A stretch of DNA of 64,000 nt from Lingula anatina. Its lineage: Eukaryota > Animalia > Brachiopoda. Made by a program: the position numbers and the translations under genes. Position 1 is the stretch's first letter. The number at the start of each line of letters is the position of its first letter. The DNA is taken from NCBI GenBank assembly GCA_051362555.1, contig CM120641.1, positions 18,600,001 through 18,664,000 on the forward strand, read 5' to 3'. A model generated the notes under the pieces. The model was not told the origin of the DNA. It saw only the letters and a list, made by a program, of their open reading frames with translations, and did not search any database. Shown piece after piece: positions 41,145 through 56,000 of the stretch.

Positions 41145-41285
41145 TCATCCCATCACCTGAAACAATTAATAATTATCAATTAGCAAGAATTCTGTCATCC
41201 CATCACCAGAAACACAACATCTATCAATTTGCAAGAATCCTTTTATCCCATCACTTAAATTAATTAACATTTATCAATTAACAAG
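41145..41285. repeat. Three ~48-bp degenerate tandem units spanning the acceptor of the first spectrin coding exon
   Basis: ATCCCATCAC...TATCAATT(A/T)(G/A)CAAG occurs three times in tandem. Confidence 0.75.
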
Positions 41286-44200
41286 GAAAGAGCACTTGAA
41301 GACCAAATCAGATGACAATTTATATCATGACACCTTCTTGTAGAACACCTCCTGATATTAGTTTCTCCTGGATTAACCTCAAGTGAAAGAAAAAAATTGC
41401 ATTACCACAGCAAAAAAAAAAAAAAAAAAATTCTTATCAAAGAAAAATAGTTTTTCCACTCTCACTCACTCAGTGTAATTCCAGGGCTATGGAGTCAGGT
41501 TGGCTGACTAAAGGATAACACAAGCTAATTTGTCACCTTAGATCCTCTCTGCCATCTTTCAGTCAACTATCAAATGGCAGATGATATTTGGTAGCTGTTA
41601 TTCCTGCAGTCTTCTTAGAAGCTCAGTACTTCCACCTGACTCCTTACTAGTAACTCTGTGGTATTATTTTCAACAAAACTGTCACTTCTGACAAACTGCA
41701 TGTAACCTAGGTTATATTTTATATTGGAACCTTCAGAAACATACCCCCATCTTCTGTGTCAAAAATGTACGAGCAGCTTTAAACAAAATAGGACCTTTAA
41801 CACCTAAAATGCACCTTGAGTCATCGAGCTAAGTGGTTAATTAGGTGTTAAAATGCACACTGCCAGTGGTCAGCATACCTGTCACAGGTGAAGTCATTAC
41901 AGTATGGATGTTTTTGCCATCAGTAAGCCCATTGTTTGCAAAAGGCAGCAGATCTAATGATAAAATCCATCAGGTGGTTTGATCTGATTTTATGGACACT
42001 GAGCAACGCTAAGGGTGGCTTTTTTTGCAGGGAATTATCTAGGTTGTTTCACATGACTTCTGGTAGGCTTAAAAATTATAAATCAATTGATATAATTAGT
42101 ACAGTGTAATTTGGTTGTCTGATGTTGCAAATCATTATTGATTAAGTGCCCAATATTATATTAATATAAGTACATAATGAGCAAATACTATGGGAAGATC
42201 AGGCATTTCAATAAGTAGCTAAAAAAAGAAAAAACTAAATATTTGACTGAAAAACAACAAGCTGTCTGTTAATCCATTAAACGGCATACATGAATTTTTT
42301 TCTTTTTTCCAGTGGGGTTCTAAATGTCGATCTATGTCATGCAAGAACTCAATTTGCTGTATCAAGTACTCTGTTACACACCCTAAAAATAATCCCATGA
42401 GATCAAAACAATTATTTTTTCTATCCTGCATGACTTTATGGACAAACTGATTATAACAATTCTATATAATTAACTTTCATTTTTGCACAGAAATATCTGA
42501 ATACAAATTAGTTTTCAGAAATATCTATCAATCACTTGAAAATCAATAGCAGTAGTTCAGCTGAGAAACTAGTAACAGCAAACTGTGCAAGTTGATACTA
42601 CAGTAGATGTGCACATATGCTTCAACTTGGTGCAATGAAAAGAGTTATATTCTTTTCATTAGTTCTTCAATAAAGGAATACAACATTAATTTTTATACTG
42701 TTAAAAACTGCACCATAATCACTTACACACTTGAACTTGTTGAAATAAAATGACCTCTCTAAAGTCTTTCGCTCACTTCATTTTGATGGACTACTGCTGG
42801 GCTGACAACTACACAATCTCTAAATCCAACTGATGACCTCAATACTCTTCAAAACTTGTTTTACCTATCAACATATTCACAGATAGTATAATTACATATG
42901 TAAGGCAACATCCTTTAATAAAAAAACTCCATATACCCATTCAATGAAGTCAGACAGCTTTTTAATCAATCGTAAGTTCAAGTACCATGTAGCAATTGTT
43001 ATATTGATCCTAGAGTAATCTAAATCTCCCCAATCTTCCACAGTAATGTATCCCATACTGTGGGACCTGTCATTTACAAGTAGTAATTGGTGATTGATGT
43101 AATAAGCACACTTCATTACTTGATTTAAGCAAACAATGGACTTCTGTCAGCTAGGTGAGCTTTGAAGTAGAAGCTACAGGTGAAAAAGGTGACTCATATT
43201 ACTGACTTTATGAAAAGTACAGATTTGATACCAGGTATTCCTTGGGGAGGGGGGGGGGGGATGTTGAACGAACCACCCTTTTGCCCAGAAAGGTCTGCTC
43301 TGAATTACATTTTGAGGCTCTTTTTACCCCCCCCCCCCCCCAAACCACCCACCTACATTTGTGCTTTTTATAACAGCCTGTTACAATTATGATAGCAAAC
43401 ATTTGAATAGAACATGATTTTTTCCTAATTATTTATTATTTGCAGAGGGAAAGCCATAAAATTATCAATGTGTGTTCCTTTAAAAAAGTCCACATTTTAA
43501 GATAAAATGTCATCTGAAATATCTGCATTGTATAGCTTCCTGATCACAGTATATCTTGCTTAATGCCATGTATACCACACCCCATGGAGGACTGATGTAC
43601 AAAGACACAAGACTTCTATATATACATTTTTTTTTCAAATAGAGATATGTCTAGTGCCTTTCTAGCTATTAATAAAATCCCTCCTGCCTGCTACACAGGA
43701 TCATAAAATCTGAAAAAAAGAAATGCTCACAGAACTAATAAGTCTTTATTTTTTATTTGGAGAGATCATGTACTAGTACTTGTTACAGATTATACACGTG
43801 CATTTTTAAAGAAAGGAAGCAACTACAGATATCTGAAACACTACACCTATCATCAAATATCATTAATATAATCCTAAAACATCTGTTTCAATAGTACACA
43901 AATATTAACAGATCTTTAAATGCAGGTCAAACTCTTCAGTAAACATAAAAAATAGGAGCAAATGCAACTGCTCACTGGAAAATAACCTGTCTCTTCATGT
44001 TCACAATAGTATATAGTTGCAGTTTATTGTTGAAGTGTGTGTTGACTTTACCTTGTGTGTACATAACTGACCTGCATTTTCTTTTATATTCTACAATGAC
44101 CTGTATTCAGTGCATTCTTCATGTGTTTGTTTTCTTTTCCCCTCAGAAATGAAGCATTTCTAGCACATATATTCTATCCAGTCTCCTATGAAGCCAGCTT

Positions 44201-46965
44201 ATGGATTATTGGTTGACCAACATGTTGACACAATACCACAATGAAACAGTTGAGGCAGGTTTTGACTGTATATGGCTAGTACATGAACATCATTACATGT
44301 TGCTTGATTAAGTCTATAGCATCAAATGAGAATTAATGCACAAAGTTAAGTTTTGCATCATGAATAGAAGAATAAGTTTTAGAATAAAAAAAACTACCTA
44401 CCTGCACCATCAGTGTGCTGTTGCCTTACAAAGTGTCGCAAAGAATCTAATTCACCAAGCTATCGCCATTAACTTAAACAGCAGCAATTTAAGTACTCGT
44501 GATACCCCTACTGCAAACACTTAAATTACCCCCTACTATCCAGTAATAATGATAAAGGTGTTCATCAATGAATCACCATCTAATCCAATCAGTTATTATG
44601 TCTTACCTGTACAATAGCCAGGGTCAGCTCCACAATGAAGACCACCTACATCCTGTTTATTACTGCCTCAGAACCCTGTGGATGTGCTGTGCTCTAATGA
44701 AAAGAAGAACAGTTATATTACTGTTAGTTCCCTGTACTCAGACTCTGACTAGCCTTTTATAATGCACTTACATAAAGAAGATGAGTGAAACAGAGGTCTA
44801 TTTATAGGGTTATTGAATGAAGAGAAGTAAATTTGAAATATACTTCAACAAAAGCAAATAGGCCAAAGATTTGTACTGCCCAAAACTGAATGTGGAACCT
44901 ACCCACTGCCCAACCTCAAAAGCTATCTAAAATATATCCAAGCAAATGTAGAAAAGTTTCATGCTTATTTCACCCATGTCCTCTTCTCTTCAACAGTTCA
45001 ACCTCTTTATACAGATAATGCTGTTCACCAAATAACCATGTGTTACTCTCCAATCTTCTGTCATTAAACTGTAGTACAATTAATAAAAATTTCACACAAA
45101 GTGCTTCAACTCCCAATATTACCTTGTGTATTTAGGATGAGTTAGACCAATATAAGCTTCTTATGCATGTGTATAAGCATTCAGAGGAATACCTGTGTCC
45201 AATACAGAAACTCAGGTATTCCATAAATCAATAAAGTTATGTTAAATATTAATGCCCATTGAGGAAACTAGCAACTACAAGTGTCTTATAATACTGGCAC
45301 GACAAAAAAGAACTTTCACCAGTATGCCAATATGACCCTTTTTCTTGCTACTATTTTCTTAATCAATTGATCTTAAAAGAGGTGAGTATGGGTTACTCTA
45401 ACAGAGAAAGGAAAATTCAGATTTTTTTTGCCTTGCCATTCCACAAGCAATTATTGTGCTATTGATAAATTAAAACAAACTTCACCATATAGTTCAGCCA
45501 ATTTATAGCATAATTCAATATAACATCAAAAATTAAATGTGCTACTTAAAAGGCATCAACATATACAAATATTTAAAAAGTGTATAAACATAGTCACCTA
45601 CATCTGTATAGCATACTAAGCTTAAGAATTGTAGCAAAGTGCCAGATTTTAAAATAACAATTTCTCCATTTATCATTTTCATTTTAATGACCTTACTAGT
45701 AATTTTTATAACGTGCACCTAAATCAAACTGCATTCACTTTTATATCCACAGAGATTTGCCATTTTCATCCGTACTGATCACTAAGTGTAAATTCCACAA
45801 ATCCCATCATTGCCTATGGCAGTTAAGTACCTACTTCTTCAAAAGTGTACTTTTTACAGTCCAATGTTCACTACAATATTATTACATGCAATGTTTTGAG
45901 TTTCAACTTGCATGTAGAGTTGTAAAATGCAGATCAGGAGTACGCACCCAACTCTATAAATATTGATTAAGCAATACCAGCCTCAGAAATGGGGTGTATG
46001 ATTATAGAATGTTACATTGATCAGTAGCTTTCAACACTTTAAACCAATTTACAGCCATATAACTTACATTATCCAAATTTTGTATCCCTATACAAAACAT
46101 ATAAGGAATATCCATCACTTGACTTGCCAAGTGGCCAAAACAGACTGATAGACTGATGAATTATTTGAATTATAACACCCTGTTCTTATTATGCCTCAAC
46201 AACTGCAATGACTGAGTCACAAGTTATTTATTTCTCCACATGTGTTTTAGTCTCTTTACAACAATTTAATTCCCAGAGGTGGTAACCAGATACATGCCCA
46301 TAAGACAGATCTAATTGTTTCGAGTCAAGGTTATTAGTTTATGACATGCTCTAGGCAGTTACAACAATTGCATCCATGACTGATACCTCTCAGTAGGCTT
46401 TGGTCTTTATCTGAAGAGTTCAGTCCTCATCATCATCCTTCAGAGAATGCAAAAATTTGTAATATATCATATGAGATCCATTCATATCTATAGATCAGAA
46501 AAAACATGCTGTGAATTATATTTGAAATAAACAGTACAGTAATGATATATTGTCCTAAAATACTTAAAAATTTCTGTTAAATCCCTTAAAATCATTTGGT
46601 TTTTTTTCAATGAATCCTTTCATTACAGATAAAAACAAGACATTATTTATCTAAGTATAGATATGACTATGTCTTTTTCTTTTAACCTAACAATAAGACT
46701 AACACAGACCTATAAAGGCCAAAAATATCCTTATGAGATTTGTAAAAAATGTTCAAAGTCAAGTAATTGAAATGTACCTCTGTTAAACTTTATCATGGGC
46801 AATTGAGCCTTTTCATAACTGTACTGCTGACACTTTGGATGTTATTGTGCACCATTGGATAATATATAAGAAAGTTAAACTAATACCTTTTAGTGTTAAT
46901 AAATTGTCACCAACATGTTTGCCATACAAGTTTGATCAATCTTTTTATTTTATAATAATAATTCC

Positions 46966-47008
46966 TATTTATTTATTTATCTATTTATCTGTTTATTTAT
47001 TATTATTA

Positions 47009-47040
<32 letters not shown>

Positions 47041-47041
47041 T
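46966..47041. repeat. (TTTA)n/(TTA)n microsatellite
   Basis: Directly visible. Confidence 0.9.
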
Positions 47042-47663
47042 GCAATATAAGATAAACTTAATCTTTCTCTTGATTACACTGATTATACAAAAATATGGTT
47101 GTTGGAATAAAAATCCTATCCCCAAATAATGCACAGTTAAATCTTCAGTATATAGCACAATTAAATCTGCTCATGAGAACAAAATGATAAAAATATGACA
47201 ATCTAAAAAAATTCTTAGAAGCGGTCATTATAAACCTTAGAAAAACTTAATTATTTTTATAAAAGCATGCACTATTTAGTCTGCTGTTAGTCACGGTTAT
47301 TTGTTTAAAAAAGGAAATGGGTAATGCATTTCCATTTCCAGACCACAAGTTTTTTTTTTTTTTTTTTTTCAAATACATGAGAAATATAACACCCCCACCC
47401 ACCCACCCGCACCCATCCCTCCTCAGTAGGTTTTTATGTTACATAAAACACTATCACACTTACTGCTAAACGCAATGGTAGACGAAGATAGGCTCGGCTC
47501 TGTTTCAAAATGGAAGCTGCCAAATTCATTTTGTATCTAGTATAAATCACTAAGCAAATGAATGACACTGGACAGACTGCAAAAATCTACACTGACTATG
47601 AAAATAGTTTGTGCACTGTTTAAAGTAATTCCAGGAAAATAATATCTTGTTTCAGAAACATAC

Positions 47664-47941
47664 CTGTTTTAGTTTACTATCCTCTTCTCTTTAAACCTCA
47701 TAAGATTTTGAAAATGAATGAAAGATTTGCGTAAACCGTATTTAAATTTAGTGTCTCCGTCGTGCAGACACCTGTTCGTGCCGCCATTTCCAAACAAAGA
47801 AGTCTCGCACTTACAATAATCACCCGTGTCATTGGACACGAAAGAAAATTGAGATTGACTTAAGCGGCTGTGTTATTTGTGGCGGGACGGATGTACATGA
47901 ATTTTTCTGAAATCTACGGATGTAGCCCACGTTTAGTACAG
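47664..47941. promoter_or_regulatory. Probable bidirectional promoter with first (UTR) exons of spectrin (-) and ZWILCH (+)
   Basis: Local CpG enrichment between two divergent genes; YY1-like GCCGCCATTT (47780-47789), inverted CCAAT (ATTGG ~47831), GGCGGGA E2F-like element (47881); minus-strand donor CAG|gtatg at 47664 and plus-strand donor CAG|gtattg at 47941. Confidence 0.55.
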
Positions 47942-48851
47942 GTATTGTGATGTTTGTTGCGTTGTAAATCAGTCGTGGAACAAACATACCACACAACATC
48001 TCCTGATAACTGATTTCCTAGCCCAAACACTCCTGGCTTAAGAATTTTTGTTGAGTTAGACGGACGTATGACTTGCTGTCTTACCGATACATGTAGGACG
48101 ATTGTACCTGAGTTTATGTGGCGAAATAAAATTCTGTAACAGTTTTGTTACAATTCTACATATTTTCAGGAACCTACAATAATAGCTTCTTCAAACAGTA
48201 CATCATTCTGAGCTGCATTCCGAGGGAATGAGGCAACAAGCGTCATATTATTTATAGCGTCTCTCTCCCAGAAGGTACCCCCCCCCCCCCCACCTCCGTG
48301 GCCTTAGCACTAAGTTTCGTGCGTAATTAACACTCTTACAGAAAACGTAAAAAGAAAGGTATATCACATAAATCTTTGTGCTACCTCACATGCACCCCAT
48401 AATTGCTATATATTATTATAGTTAACCCCCCCCCCCCCCACCATTCAGACCTACTGAACTTAAGATGAATCCAGCATGGATTCCCTATGAAACACATAAA
48501 CACATTTACTTGTTTCAAATACCACTCAAATAAAGTCTACATGCCAAGAGATAAACCAAATTTACCAGTCAGACCTATTTATATGTCCCGCAAGTTTGTA
48601 AAAGTTCTGTTCATATATTGTTTTTCAGGAAGTTATGATCTTTACAACAATACTGTATGGTGGCATTTTATTTGGCCAGGTCTAGTGGCCAAGATTTAAC
48701 TTCATATGTAATTTTAACCATTTCTGCTGTTATCTTGGACTAAGATAAAATAAGTGTGAATGGCTTACTAGCAATAAGTTGTAAATATTTGATTAATGGT
48801 TGAATAACATTTTTCTTATCAGGCAAAATCCAAGAAACAAACATTGAAACA

Positions 48852-51800
48852 ATGTCTGTTGTTGACGACAATGTCACTACTATTTTGAAGAGGTAAGGAT
48901 AATGCTGCTCTTTTGATTTTCCCAACTTGTATGCTAAGCTCACAAATCTTGGTATTTAAAGTAGCTGTAATATTTTAGCAAAGTTGAGATTTCACTGGAA
49001 AAAAAGGGATGTAAGTTATCTTAAGCACGTGGATACATTTGTACAGTGTATGCATTATATCTAATGAAATCTTACTTTTTGTTATGTTATATTTGCATTT
49101 TACATTTTTTGGAGAGGGGGATTTCTTTTATTGTTAGAGTTAAGAAGTCCTTTATTGGTCCCTGTTTTTGTTTTCAGATTATCTGCTACAGAAGATGGAC
49201 CAGATGTAAATCATTCAAATGAAGAAGGCACCAAGAAAGATTTCATGTTTAAAGTAGGTGTGGCATGAATATACATTGTCCACATTTTCATTTTCCTTTG
49301 GTGAATAGCTGCAAACTTTGTGTTAAAATTTCAGTTGTACCCGACTTAAAATATGGTTATTGTTTTTGTATATATTCTAAATTCCAATAAAGGCATGAAG
49401 TACATCTATGAGTAACTCAAAAAAAGTTTGTTTCGTTTTATTAATGAACAAATATTATAGAGTTAAATGAAAAGTGATTGTTGCAGACTTGATGAGTCTG
49501 TGACAGCAAGTATTTTATTTTGTCACTTGCTTTCAGGACTTCACTTTGGAGAGAGCATGCAGTAGTCATCCACTGCAGACCATCCTTGGAGAAAACATCA
49601 CAAAACATGTGCCATTTATCTTTGCTTATAGGAAAGGTGTAGTTGAGGTATGGGTTTTGATATTGAGGATGCATATATATTCAACCAGAGTTGTCTAACT
49701 AAAGTTTGTTTAGTCTACTATATCTTCATATTATTATTATTTATTTATTTTACAAGATGAGAAAGCTTCAATATCACATGTTGTTAAAATACCTGTTGCA
49801 ATCATTTTGTGCTTTAGACAAGGGTCAGGGATTTTGAAAGAAGTGCCCTTCTTGCCAGAAAAAAGTCCACTTTGAATCAAAATTTGAAGTACATAAGTGC
49901 TATATGCCATTTTTTTTTTTTTCAGTTTCTTTCAACAAAAGGAAGTAAAAAGTTCCGCCTTTTTTAGAAAAAGAACCCCCTTTGAAAATTCTGGCTATAG
50001 GCCTTACAAGAGTATATTTATCTTTTTTCTTTTGTTTATTTTGTAGCTTTCTGAAAAAGAAGATGAAAGCTTTCGTAGAGATAACACTGCAGACAGCAGC
50101 TCTGAGCAGCTAGGAGGATCACCACTGAAACTGCAGGAGTTTTCCTCTGGTGTAACAATTCCAAACAACTCTAGAAAACCTTCTTCGAGTGCCCCCTTCA
50201 TGAAACCTATATCCACCAATGATGCAAGGTAACAGAAATGGAGACAAAGAAAATAGAAAGGTTACATTTTAGCTAAATTAATTGATGGTGCCAAATTTAG
50301 GAAATTGTTTGATATTAATGATGACAATCAAATTAAAAAAAACTTTCAATGAAGTTGTCACATGCATGGTTTTATTAAGTTTTTACATTATTTGATGACA
50401 TTGATGCATTACAGAATAATTCAAATGACAATCATGTAGTTTATTTCATCCAACAAGGACTATTTTTTAAATACACAAACCTCTACAACACGTAATTATT
50501 TCAATTTTACTACTGTGTGTAAAATCAATAATTTTAGATACCTGGTTTCTCAGTACACATTTCTGTGCAATCCATTTATGACTGCCACCCGTACAGACCT
50601 GCTACCTCTGTGGGTTTACTGTGACAGACAGGAACATGGAGACATGCTTTTTCTTGGAACACGGCAGCTTTCTGGCAAGAAGAGAGGAAATGTCTTGCAT
50701 ATGGTGACATCTAGAGGTACTTTTAGGAATCTGTGCTGGGGGATGATTTATAAAGTCATGCTAGTACATACGTGTGTTTATATTTATATTATATAATGTT
50801 ATATTATGGAAAACTGAAATGTTTCATTGTTTGTGCCAGTTTTGTTATAAATTATGTTGAATAATAAATAAATTGTCAGCATGGCACTATCTTTTTATAT
50901 GAATGTACATTCAATAAGAAGATTCAATGTCTCATCAGCTTCAAATCTGCCTTTATAAAAGTAAATTTAATTGTACAGTATGTAAATTTATTTTGTTAAC
51001 TGATTTAAAAGAATGTCATTATAAAAGAGGTGCTTAATCAAACACAAAAATGTGTTCCACTTGATTGCTTTTAGTGAGCATCACTGACATAAGTATAAAA
51101 TTATTGTTGTTATTCATTTACATCTTTGATTGATAATATTTTGCAAAAAAGATGTACATTAACATATATAATATAATAGCAAGGAATGATTCATACTTCA
51201 TAATGATCAAACAGAGCAAAATGTAAATTTCCCGTAGCTGTGTATGTATTTAGTGGTTTCAGGAAGACTTATGGTTTACTTTCAGGGCCAGTCCAAAGCA
51301 TTCAAGATGTCCCCTCACACATGAGAACTTTGAAGAAACCCCAGCAGATTGGCAATGTATGTAGTGGATATTGATATACTGTTGTCCCATCACTTAAAAG
51401 TAAACTTTTACAGACTTTTCTATATTTTATTCTCAGAGTAAAGGCAGGTTGCTTTTTATAAAAGCATTCTGATATGCAGGTACATAATATAAAGCAAAGT
51501 AAGTTGGTCTATGAAAAATTTTAGGACACTTTCATCTTGTTTATATTACAAGATTAGTTGAATAGTTGCCTTTCCTATTATTATGTGCAGGCCACAGTGA
51601 AAGTGTCAGTACATTATGACATCTTTGGGTCCATGAATAAGGACGAGAGTAGTGCAGGGTCATCTTTTCAAGGGTCACTAATGGTCAGTTCCAGTTGGGA
51701 CAGAGTGACCACCCTCTTGGAGGTCCCTCCTGTAGAGGCAGTCACAGCCCTAGTAAGATACATACATGTTACCATAATTTTCTGTTGTATTATACAGTGC

Positions 51801-51957
51801 TTATATACAGTTAATTTATCTGTATACATTGTTAGTGATAAGATTGCTAAAATTAATGTTTTAGCAATAGCAGAGTATTAAAGCACCAACAAAGACACTG
51901 GCTGTATATATCATGGTTCTCGTCTGGAATCACCATTTCAGTCACGTGGATCTGGCT

Positions 51958-51989
<32 letters not shown>

Positions 51990-53003
51990 CAGAGCCCTAC
52001 ACCACTGCCCAGCATATTAAAATTGTGTGTGGTTGACTCATACATAATGTCTACTTTAATCTGGCTGATTTTAGGGTCAGTTAGTGTTTCTATAAAAACA
52101 CAAAAAATTATCTTTGGCAATGATTAAGTCAAGAAGAGGCTTACCACCATGTGGCTGTATATTGTTTGTTATATTATTCACTAGGATATCCAAGTGGCTG
52201 CTGGAGATGTGGGGAGTGCAGTATACAGCATGTTCAGAGAGCTGTCCATTCTTCAGGTGAGGTTCTTTAAAATTCCAGCTTCTTGGATCATTGTGTATGA
52301 ATAAGAAATAAGTTATATATGTGTTGAAAAGACATTGAAAAAGTAAAATCAAAGTGAAATATGGTTTGCAAATCAGATTAATTTTTTTATGCATCAGGCA
52401 TTCAGGTTATGTATAAATTTTGCATAAATTGAACAATAGTATTATTGGACTTGTATTTTGCTTACAAGAGGTGTACCCTTGCCTGTATTTTGATACACTT
52501 CAATTTGTTTCTTGCCTCAATGCACACAATACATACATGGCTGGGGTAGCACTAACACTTGCCAATCAAGCCAAATGCTAAGACTGACTTAAATTGGCTT
52601 AATTTGACTTGTTTTATTCTAATTTAAATCATTTAGAGAATAAAGTGATGAAAAAGTAGTGGTTTTAGTGAAAAAATTTGCTCACACAAAAGTTACAATA
52701 GGCGGGTCATCCTGTGTATGCCATATGTTAAGCTTCCATAATCTCACTGTTGTATTTAACTGACAGTTTGTAACTCATCCTGTAAACGTTTTTTCCAGGG
52801 CTTTGCCTCCGGTCTAAAGGATGGATGTGTGAGCTGGGCTGTGGAGAGCTGCTCAGGAAAATCTCTGCTGGAAGAAGTGCAGACACTCACTGAAGGTGAA
52901 ATTTGCTGTAGGGCTGTATAGATGATAATGTAGTATGACTTATTGATCAAAAACTACCTACCTTTTTTTATTTATTTTATTTATTTTTTATTTATTTATT
53001 TTA

Positions 53004-53034
<31 letters not shown>

Positions 53035-56000
53035 TTTTTTTTGCATACAGTAAAATCTTTGGGAGTTTGTTTTTGCATCAATGATTTCAGAATAACTTAC
53101 AACCTTTTTATCTCCTACTTGGTTTTACTTGAAATCTTTAAAGTAGTTTCTAAATATTGTAATTGCACAATTTGGAATTTGTCTATGTATTTTCAAGATT
53201 TAAAGCAAGGAGATGCTTTATGGCAGCCTACAAAGGACACCAAAAAGGATTCAACTGCAGTTTGTAAGAATGAAGATGAAAGTGATGTCACTTCTCCAGT
53301 GAAAAGTCTGGCACTGGCTGACAGGGTGGACCTAGACTTCACAGAGAAACTCTGGAACATTTTGATTGGTGGGTGTACCACAATAATTTAAAGATTTATA
53401 TGCACTCAAGTATTTACACAGACTGCCGTTATGCACACAAATACAATCCCAGCTAAATGATATTGTGATATGCTCATTTTTATGCTTTGAGAAGAGAAAA
53501 CTATATCAAGTCATTTATTTTACTTATAAAATAATTTAAGGGAAATTAATTAATATAATTTCAGATTGTTCTTCTTATGATGAATTGGTCAAGTGCTTTC
53601 AGTATGTCTTACGCATTTTAAAAAATGGAGAACTTCAGCCCATGGTGAGTAATCCCACTAATAATTTGTGACAATATTTTACAAATTGTGTGACTAAGAG
53701 ATGATATGGAAGCATCACATTTTTCACAGATATTTCTTTTAAATGACATACATGTCCCTATAACTGTCAAACCCTAACCTAATTATGTAATGTAATCATT
53801 AATATAATAACCAGGCTATTAAGTTGTCAATCTCTCATATGAAAATGGATGGATCCAGTCAAATATACTTTTTGATTTGATAAATGGCTTAAGTTATCTT
53901 TGGGCAAAAAATAAACATTTTTACTGCCTGTACACAGGTGCATGCCAGTAACCACACACAGCTAGCAGAACTGGTCCGGGCCTCCTACTATAACAAACTG
54001 GTGATGCCAGACCTGGCCGGACTGCTGCCACTGGAGCTTTTGGTGGAGATAGGTGTTGAGAAACTAAGAAGAGACTATAGTCATGCATTCATTGGTGAGT
54101 TAGAGTGAGAGGAGGTTGGGGGGAGAGGGTTAGTATGGGACTGGTGGAATCGAATTCTTGTCAGTCAGTAGGTGCATTTTTCCTGTCAGTCAAATGAAAG
54201 ACAGGCGTTATAAAAAAAATTTGAAAAATAAAGTCTTTGATTAATAACCACTTCATAACAGTGGGTTTTGTTTAAAAAAATGATGGAATAAATTACGTCA
54301 ATTTGACATTTTGTTTTCAGGAAAAAAGTATTGAAAACACCCATTCCTGGGGTATTTCACTAATGATTTGCCCCAAATCAAACAACTGAAAATGTTTATA
54401 CAAACGCTTAAAACACAAGGATCTGTCCATTTTAATTTCACTGCCAATTTTCCTAAAAGTATGGTGATCCAGGTCACCTTGAAGACATTGTCTGGCACTG
54501 ACTGTTTAGTGAATTATGATCTGTAGGGAAGAGTTTTTCAGATGTGTCTGCTATTTACTTTCATATATCAGACAAAGATTTGGTGACAGCTGATCAGCTG
54601 ACATATTTCCTGGAGAAGAACCTGGACCTCCATGAGAAGCTTAGTCGACTTGAAAAGCTGCACAATGTGCTGGAGCTGGTTGTGATGATGAAGATGTTCC
54701 TCAACATACCTCAAATTACACTCAGCTCAGCCGCAAGGTGGGCAACTTCATAAGTTATACTTTCTGACATGTATAGGCCTGGCAAGAGTGGCTACTGATA
54801 AATAATACTGGTTACAGAAAATTTGTTTTGGAAGTGGGCTCCTTTGAAAACCTTTTTATTTATTTATTTTTGTATGAAATTTATTATAAATTTCCAAGTT
54901 GTGTACATTGTGTAAGTTACTTAAGTGAAGAGTTAATAGCTTGAAGTTTAATAAGATAAAAGTAGCATATACACAACACAAAATGCTTTATGTTGCCTTT
55001 TTTTTTTTCATTTTCTCTATAAAACTGTTGTCAGTATCATTTTACTTTAAAAAGTGAATATATGGCCAATTAAAAAATTTTAATAAAACTCATAACTAAG
55101 ATGTTGCTGATATATAAACTTTACTTCCAGACAAGCCATGAATCATTACCAAATCCACAATGTTGATCCAGCCCATGTCTTCCACATCCCTGTTGCTACC
55201 TCAGCTGTCAGAGGAGTATTTGATACGTAAGTGTTTCTGTTTTGGTATATAACAAGGCTTTGCCTTTGTTTTACAAGAGTTCTGATTTTAGAGTTTCAAG
55301 AGTTCTGAGTTTAGTTTTGAGTATTTGATAATGTAGCATGCCTGAAAAAACAACCGTCTACATCAGGGGTGGATTGAGGCTGTCTTCTGGGTCTTTCCGA
55401 AGGTATGCCATCTCTGGATCCGCCTCTGTACATGGGTGAAAGTTTTCAGGATTTTTCCTCAATTTCAGGATTTTCAGTCTTCATTTCAATAATTTGGAAT
55501 TTTACCTGGCTGGATAAGCTTATTACATAGAACATCTCTAGAGTGTGATATTGGAGTATAGTTTTAAAGGTGTTTTATGGGTTAACTAAATCTCTTTCTT
55601 CTTGGTATGTATCTCAAATAATACACTGCCACCCTCTTGCGATATATGCGATGAACACCTCTCACTGATGCTCAAGGTGTTCTGGCACATATTGCTTGGG
55701 GGACAGTGTACTGTCTCACACATAATGTATTTCTTTTGAACTTTGAACCCAGTCAGTGGGCCTCAGATAATCCTCTGGTGTTATGTGGAACATATCCTCA
55801 GTGTAGGTATGAAGAAATTCAAATTTGGGACGTTGCCTTGGCTCCAGTGACCAACACTTGAGAAGCTCTTTATATATTTCTTGGGGGAATTCATAGTGCT
55901 CATTGTGGGGAATAGGCAGGTGGTATCCTTCTTGTACTTTCTGCAATACTTCCATCTCGGTCATGCCTAAAGAATGTTTGCATGCTTTTTGACCAATATA

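Noticed and set aside
55363-55428. Tiny inverted-repeat element CAGGGGTGGAT..ATCCGCCTCTG
   Set aside because: Imperfect TIR and unclear TSD; too short to classify.
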